A DNA stretch of 64,000 nt from the IMG/VR virus record IMGVR_UViG_3300009158_000048, positions 3,579 to 67,578 of that record, one strand, 5' to 3'. Below, in pieces: positions 61,201 through 64,000 of the stretch (positions within the stretch are counted from its first letter, which is position 1; each line of letters opens with the position of its first letter). Made by a program: the position numbers and the translations under genes. This stretch comes from a virus. The notes under the pieces are model-generated. The model made no database searches. It was not told the origin of the DNA and saw only the letters and a program-made list of their open reading frames with translations.

Positions 61201-64000
61201 AATGCATATGATGCAGTTAGAAAAGCAATTTAAAGGAATGGATGAATTAGAAATGGCTTTCAGTCCAGACACTGGATTAATGGACACTACTTTACAGATT
61301 AGAAAAAGAGATAAAGCATTTAAAGTATTGGATGAAGAACAATCTAAGGTTGATTCTGATTTTTTAGAAAGATTAAGATATAAGTCTCTTCTTTCTTCAT
61401 TCTACAAGAGCGGTATGATCATGGATCTTGTTGTTCCATTATTCCCATTAAGACTTAATGAATCTATCTTAGACTTTATTGAGAAAAAGATAGATCAGAA
61501 TAGAGACATGATTGCTCAGAAATTTGGACCTGGTATAAAAGGTCAAGAAAGATTTATCAACAACTATAATAATGCTGTTGTAAATTACATCTTCCAAAAT
61601 ACTATGTCTAATTTCCCTGATGAGAATGGAAATCCAGTAATCCTACCAGAAACATTACATAAGTTAGCAGTTACAGAAGTAACTACAGGACAAGCAGTAA
61701 CAGTTACTGATAAGGATATAAAAGTTAATTTAGAACAAGCTAAAAAAGATTTTAGTACTAAAATATTCTTAAGTTCTAACAATACTACAGAAGGTAACGT
61801 AGCTAAAAACTTGGATACATTTGATGCAACAGAAAATCCTTTTCCAACATTTGCAAGCTATCTTAAATTTGTAGTAGAGAAAGAATACTTGACTACTGTT
61901 TATACTAAAGAATCTTTAGCTAAAAACAAAGACTTCACTAAACTTTCTTTCCAAGCAGGTTCAGAAGATTTGGGTTATGATAAATACATTACTCAAAGAG
62001 CATTAATGAACAGCTTTAACCGTGCATTTATTATGGGTACTACTAAGTATTCATATACAGGAATGGTTATGGATATGATTAATGAGTTTGAGGATCAGAA
62101 CATCAAAGATAACTTCCCAGTACTTGCTCAGTTAGCTCCAGCTAAATTTACAAAAGATGTAAATGTTTTAGAGTTAAATGATAAAGCTACAGCTAAGGGT
62201 ACTATTGCAGATGACTACTACAAGAATCTTAAACAACTTGGTGATTTTACGGTAAGAAAAGTAATAAATACAGATAAGGAAGTTCAAAAAATGGATAACA
62301 AAAGAATTACTGATGTATTTAGTAACTTCTCTATGCTTATGTTCTACCAACATGGAACAGGTTATTCTAAATTAGGATTTGTAAGAGTATTAGATCCGGA
62401 AGCATTCACTCAAATTATGCAGAATGCAGCTAACTCTTTCTTAAACAATAATCTATCAGAAGAAACTTTTGAAAGAATCTATAACAGATTGAATACAAGA
62501 TCTCAGTTTAAAGACTATACAGTTGATCCAGGTAATTTAAGTGGAGAAGAATCTGTAGACTCATACTTAGAGACATTCTCTGATGATGACTTTGCTGATA
62601 TGGCTGACTTTTTAGGAGAAGCTCCTGCTAAAGATGAATCAGGTAAAGTACTTGAGGGAGACATCTTTACCCTATCAGGCATACCAGTAATTACAACTAA
62701 TTTAGGTGGTGTCCATGGTGCAGGTCTAGCACAAGCAGCTAAAGCAAAAGGTCTTGTTACTCAAGGTGATGGTAACTTCAAAGCTACTGATACAGTAGTA
62801 CAGTTACCAGTTAAACAAAAGTGGAGTGATTCAATGGCAATGAATAACAATATGGAATTGCTTAAACAAAGTCTTAGAAGTTTGATTAAAACTGCTAGGG
62901 ACAATAAAGACAATACATATTTATTACCATTAGCTGGGTTAGGTCACGGTGAAGGTTCAATTGCGGATATTCTACCATTACTCATTAAAACTGTACAAGC
63001 TGAAGACAATATCAAACTTGTTTTACCTGCTGAGAATGTAAATCTTGGAAGACAAGGTACTGTAAGAAAAGATACTACTAGAGAGAATATGCCTCAGATA
63101 AAAGCTATGCTTGAAGAAGCTGGTCTTTTAGGTGATACTTCTGAAAATCAACCTACAGGTTTATCTCAATTTACAAATCACTCAGGTGGTGCATATGGTG
63201 GAGATACTTACTGGGATATGATAGGTAGAGAATTTGGTGTAACTAATCACAAGCATTATAGACATGCAGGTAATACATCTTTATCAGCACAGTTAAAAAA
63301 GGCTGGTGTTGAAGCAGAAGTTCTTACTGAAGAACAAATGGATACTGCAAGAACTGAAGTAGAAAAATTACTTGGAGAAAAATATCCTGATACTATACAA
63401 GGAAATTTACAAGTAAGAAATTATTATCAAGTAGCTAATGCAGATGCTGTATTTGCTATTGCTGAAATCACACAAGTAGTTGATAAAGATGCTCCTAAAA
63501 ATACTACTGATATAACAAAATCAGTAAATTCTTATAAACATATTGTAAAAGGAGGAACAAATACAGCAGTACAACTGGGAATTAAATTAGGTAAACCTGT
63601 TTATGTATGGGATTTAGCTACACAATCTTGGTATAAATGGGATGGAAATAGATGGTTTGAAGAAACTGATACACCTACTCTTACTAAAAACTTTGCCGGT
63701 ATAGGTTCAAGAGATATTGAATCTTATAATATACAAAAAGAAGGTAAATGGGTACCAAGAGAGCAATATAAAGGATCTGAAGTAGAAGCTGCAGCTAAAC
63801 AAGCTATTAGAGATGTGTATGAGAAAACATTAAATCAAACTGCACAACCTGCAGCTCAGACTGAAGGTATTCCAAAAGGTCAAGAAGTTGTACCGGGTGT
63901 TTATGTTAATCAAGGAGCTTTGACTCAAGATGAACAAATGGAATTATTTGATTACATGAAACCATATCTTGAAGAGCAAGCTGCTAAAACACTTAAAGGA
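52205..64000 (+). CDS. giant virion-associated two-barrel RNA polymerase polyprotein (3'-truncated, at least 3932 codons)
   Basis: ATG at 52205 (MISCPITQLPLENFYKY...). In-frame motifs checked: HEAFH at 54806, PRIPT at about 59680, GSDFDVDK (DFDVD at 59801-59815), macrodomain from 62651 and SLOG from about 63176. Continuity is inferred from these in-frame checks and from the ORF track listing no fragment in this frame. Confidence 0.85.
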   Translation, partial: MISCPITQLPLENFYKYVFRAIKDKLGNDKTFDVNDFMEKLFEESVKNGDPETAAKWLQSTPRVINLIITKSFSDKIPLVKGLDSIYGLMADFSKANGEGFQNVLKKYSKPVDVKNVKEAAAHQLTLEFSDEEEEGPEDEKKETNSRVEARLKTPVVMSGTLQSFIPVTPDKKSDTYVERLDKPRARILTNLAILGDALSMHDTFSGDFTYQGKKVKVKATNMYAFSQQNFNDLDPTTQKEIKDSNFFTTTGRNQSGVTQADKRVMLVITDQAGENLYFDQEGNITTKGNGSLVYQFMRDVRQTAKGYTVTDIYGKEEQLMPIDEYAQMTYDSAVDGDFATYLEKVKDDREKELKKLFEIREKSLGNDMMLDFSGISTGVTSDLTATKLPLSDFLKIPGATKKSLKNIRTLKKAEGNFKKGRAVINLNGTDFQVNRSSMPDSVADQIAAVMFDPTIPFETKKDFYSQFIPEDSETMLAYTMRKHEIIPDMAKQTFRIKLYDTVGDKEGFVTEPIFDFVISKSSLDKASKEKLEAGIKTFSDTLKEGRANNKATYMSYKSDLLNDEEYLTYNSNTKQIEVANYIDFLTTLDGYVDLFDGDPGFYNKHLLFNEETKVDKEIKKANTAATLTFEEEIEEARRYAEEQRALENANKSPIEIEAQILADRAINPEYRAQLALQGTEGKYDSFYYAASLIGAINNNRDQRYTRETAEQLRDVFVGANYISGKQINTINDTIDRIFPKPNADLQRDVEIIQKTIEPEMPDPTTVNPIVKKGSLRSRGPKNDTLNRAGYIADEIGEEDTAKVLDFWDNTKLGKELQKHIELQHAYNIANSDVFARFVVTGATLNNPDIKGKIQINKGIGTLVDIYHEAFHAFTQLYLTREEKYNLYDEVINYKDASGKQPYKSMNYKEVDELLAEDFRTYMKSNYIKKGSPVRNKLFRKILNFLRALFGKTAINPTEVITDVMNVPAVREMFEKLNYSSNKKSLLRSYKANMDNVDFMVLNRGISKLNRPSDSALSDQDSRLVSDTMDMVMSDFVDDWYRERLEEAEETGNYNSLKSGTIGLLIDPEHRAFMYEVIKERLEDKLKEFKEQLHSEPGITPFSKIEKLKSDDENEKTIESEAVAVLRSAKGEDKYVFLKSQIDGFDKLDANMRKGTRVKGESWHGIKIVGDFYSHKSIKNQKKPVGIIVVSSLEDAQVQFNNYVAGGAEEYTSFEQKDVPDYMLSAEQEFTLDNVRILQAAVDNFGDPQWDLKGIDPIGTIAYHLENSDFDLSKKKYELDMVEMDENGDEIDEDVENQTHDSETSYGSEAASKKSLLQLADKEVVYILKSLHKVDRNGEVSYNRLGFKERADFRKVWNIVTKAIGGVRDRVKVYEILQAEAKNFPEIAQLIETKFPDPRLITNTFEQDVSTSFWQTFAKPSVKFWQFTVFPQYEASINFITGQVEDVLSGFEADVTQSSIEVDSTIRKFESLFKGSIANDYIEKNSDNQSVLKLNNVITAFENKKHSGQLDPAKAYEFAAALGMKLDSLPVIKKNMQERAEYFGLPYIYDIVKDFADIQKSDKSTPEQIEYLNKFISNPIATLRGEIPKGILKSFKREVAEKNILKRIAELQSQYGYDSANPGILLPDGNRVFENVNHSQVTVTVDAINNVENLSDFWTNPELGYMSHLKPGKSFFTLRSKVLGAMFDTAQGTFDAKGNRFLELIQTAGTQIADVEGINTSDLDKLGKFFQEFHTMSLGGVAEFIRHAEKKSAFGIKMVGGKMKVVVNGITNGVDQNLYIDISKFVAKPGEQISDGEIVAVGGYFLDYIAAEFDRIRYFKQNPQDLINIIGYNREIKDDDGKVIGRAGEFFSAFDNILRDSTKKKLYKLASDPLIDLPTHIRNDQGLYLDVQKDISDYFQEKTESMNDEFFSKLPYIDNKVYEKAGIVMDKSGKYDDAQKAVLKAYLFNDWIHKFEMFNLFNGDLSQFNHDKQQASKRAPGSTSDGDGFVNDKYMHEFINKVFNKNTYAKKLAKELDLDLDKFVMSGTLNTGVIADAERKSVYLDNMLGGWEEKYRAALTPLYKDKTALKNEIDRRLAKDAKAYKEMKESDGAAFMTFDAYRTLRKMGKSWSIPQEALYQQIVEGKEVDPLKVKEFFSIYKLHYYGSIANAPIATTGMHKFAVAPIIPTIAVKGTELYNLHVKMLNENLQYVTFGSGSKVAALTTNGEFDNIFGDETQKTVSADAPIKKNVIHIEYLKDVTKVATKLKKEISYPTQKRVLLLDGLFNVGEIINEANADIANEYKASVEDYTETLALELLNKIGYEYDPATEKYVGKLDKFIELIRDELGAKEVPEHLIKLLDTTLSDQLSMDFSIHPEADTLEKIIVNRIQKSVVKQKTKGEAMVQAPSTFYNGVWDSAFQRDEAILKNDELIRKYLGSNNLPFYDTSFDKDGNRLATSAMKVAIPMNGDFLHILKLKHPDGELIGTTDRLNDLIKNDAWLDENRELVTIVGPRIPTDAANSMEFAEVWHFLDASAGNTVIVPTEIVAKAGSDFDVDKIFFMLPNITSDGTLVKAPAESLEELTKMVKEANGMSKKERIEKGIKNPQALIDQYKKAAQNKLIKNTRSILSLPDNYASLTKPNNTYLVEDEVEFYDKNSSGYNNKKNAHGETVRKNDGKEVMSPSRALDNDYNLSQHEAMLSGNLPLGIMAKKNKVHALFKSVGALMPASYNATIWNDETKKYDEIPAKYDVVIRMKTNKTTNTKGQQVVSLSNENNVDGEKIGDIFSHGLQGILDRANNPFPFKLQIVKEALSTINHLIEAGVSVPEVFAFINNPWIVEYIKKQMYYGGSMAKLQDEPVLKHQVKSKALRETINDMIAQGGTDMEKTVKQLASYANDRRMGDIADMLKKEDKKKVYLFTIRDKDGKESIGRATGNTLFHKAFQLDQIVELKEFKENTVYEMQKTLFKRSSGIANNDNFYYAAEAAWRRAFGGPFDTNKDELQSLVKEGLNPSIKNLAILMHMMQLEKQFKGMDELEMAFSPDTGLMDTTLQIRKRDKAFKVLDEEQSKVDSDFLERLRYKSLLSSFYKSGMIMDLVVPLFPLRLNESILDFIEKKIDQNRDMIAQKFGPGIKGQERFINNYNNAVVNYIFQNTMSNFPDENGNPVILPETLHKLAVTEVTTGQAVTVTDKDIKVNLEQAKKDFSTKIFLSSNNTTEGNVAKNLDTFDATENPFPTFASYLKFVVEKEYLTTVYTKESLAKNKDFTKLSFQAGSEDLGYDKYITQRALMNSFNRAFIMGTTKYSYTGMVMDMINEFEDQNIKDNFPVLAQLAPAKFTKDVNVLELNDKATAKGTIADDYYKNLKQLGDFTVRKVINTDKEVQKMDNKRITDVFSNFSMLMFYQHGTGYSKLGFVRVLDPEAFTQIMQNAANSFLNNNLSEETFERIYNRLNTRSQFKDYTVDPGNLSGEESVDSYLETFSDDDFADMADFLGEAPAKDESGKVLEGDIFTLSGIPVITTNLGGVHGAGLAQAAKAKGLVTQGDGNFKATDTVVQLPVKQKWSDSMAMNNNMELLKQSLRSLIKTARDNKDNTYLLPLAGLGHGEGSIADILPLLIKTVQAEDNIKLVLPAENVNLGRQGTVRKDTTRENMPQIKAMLEEAGLLGDTSENQPTGLSQFTNHSGGAYGGDTYWDMIGREFGVTNHKHYRHAGNTSLSAQLKKAGVEAEVLTEEQMDTARTEVEKLLGEKYPDTIQGNLQVRNYYQVANADAVFAIAEITQVVDKDAPKNTTDITKSVNSYKHIVKGGTNTAVQLGIKLGKPVYVWDLATQSWYKWDGNRWFEETDTPTLTKNFAGIGSRDIESYNIQKEGKWVPREQYKGSEVEAAAKQAIRDVYEKTLNQTAQPAAQTEGIPKGQEVVPGVYVNQGALTQDEQMELFDYMKPYLEEQAAKTLKG

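Noticed and set aside
6785-61782. Numerous short minus-strand and alternate-frame ORFs in the track
   Set aside because: They lie within or overlap long + strand genes and read as shadow frames with no recognisable motifs.
1-64000. Stop-codon reassignment (TAG to Gln or TGA to Trp), known in some crAss-like phages
   Set aside because: Long ORFs are intact under the standard code, and TAG (6137, 11454, 12670, 13334) and TGA (661, 23360) end genes that are directly followed by new starts or intergenic signals.
52200-64000. Apparent 12-kb gene desert in the ORF track
   Set aside because: Artefact: it is one ORF lacking a stop codon inside the window.
1-64000. tRNA or rRNA genes
   Set aside because: Intergenic gaps are short (at most about 110 nt) and are explained by terminators, promoters and leaders; no cloverleaf was seen.

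Overview
This is a 64-kb, AT-rich segment of a crAss-like (Crassvirales-type, probably environmental Bacteroidota-infecting) phage genome, with all credible genes on the + strand in the standard genetic code. Gene order is: a 5'-truncated PD-(D/E)XK nuclease, a candidate small terminase, large terminase, portal, a scaffold-like acidic protein and the major capsid protein. Next comes a cluster of nine small Lys-rich proteins, then ring, auxiliary-capsid, tail-hub/fibre and muzzle-like genes (many very Cys-rich), and a run of very large putative virion cargo/ejection proteins. The window ends in a >3,900-codon ORF (52205 to beyond 64000) missing from the ORF track. It carries the two-barrel RNA polymerase motif DFDVD, a zincin HExxH, and a C-terminal macrodomain and SLOG domain. 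Three signals stand out: (1) a recurring xxxGG short motif that punctuates the small basic proteins and three giant cargo proteins at module boundaries (candidate processing or packaging signal); (2) nucleotide/ADP-ribose-processing domains on the virion RNAP; (3) an intergenic hairpin whose loop is complementary to the translation-initiation regions of genes flanking the capsid gene. Assignments rest on motif recognition and synteny; no database search was run.
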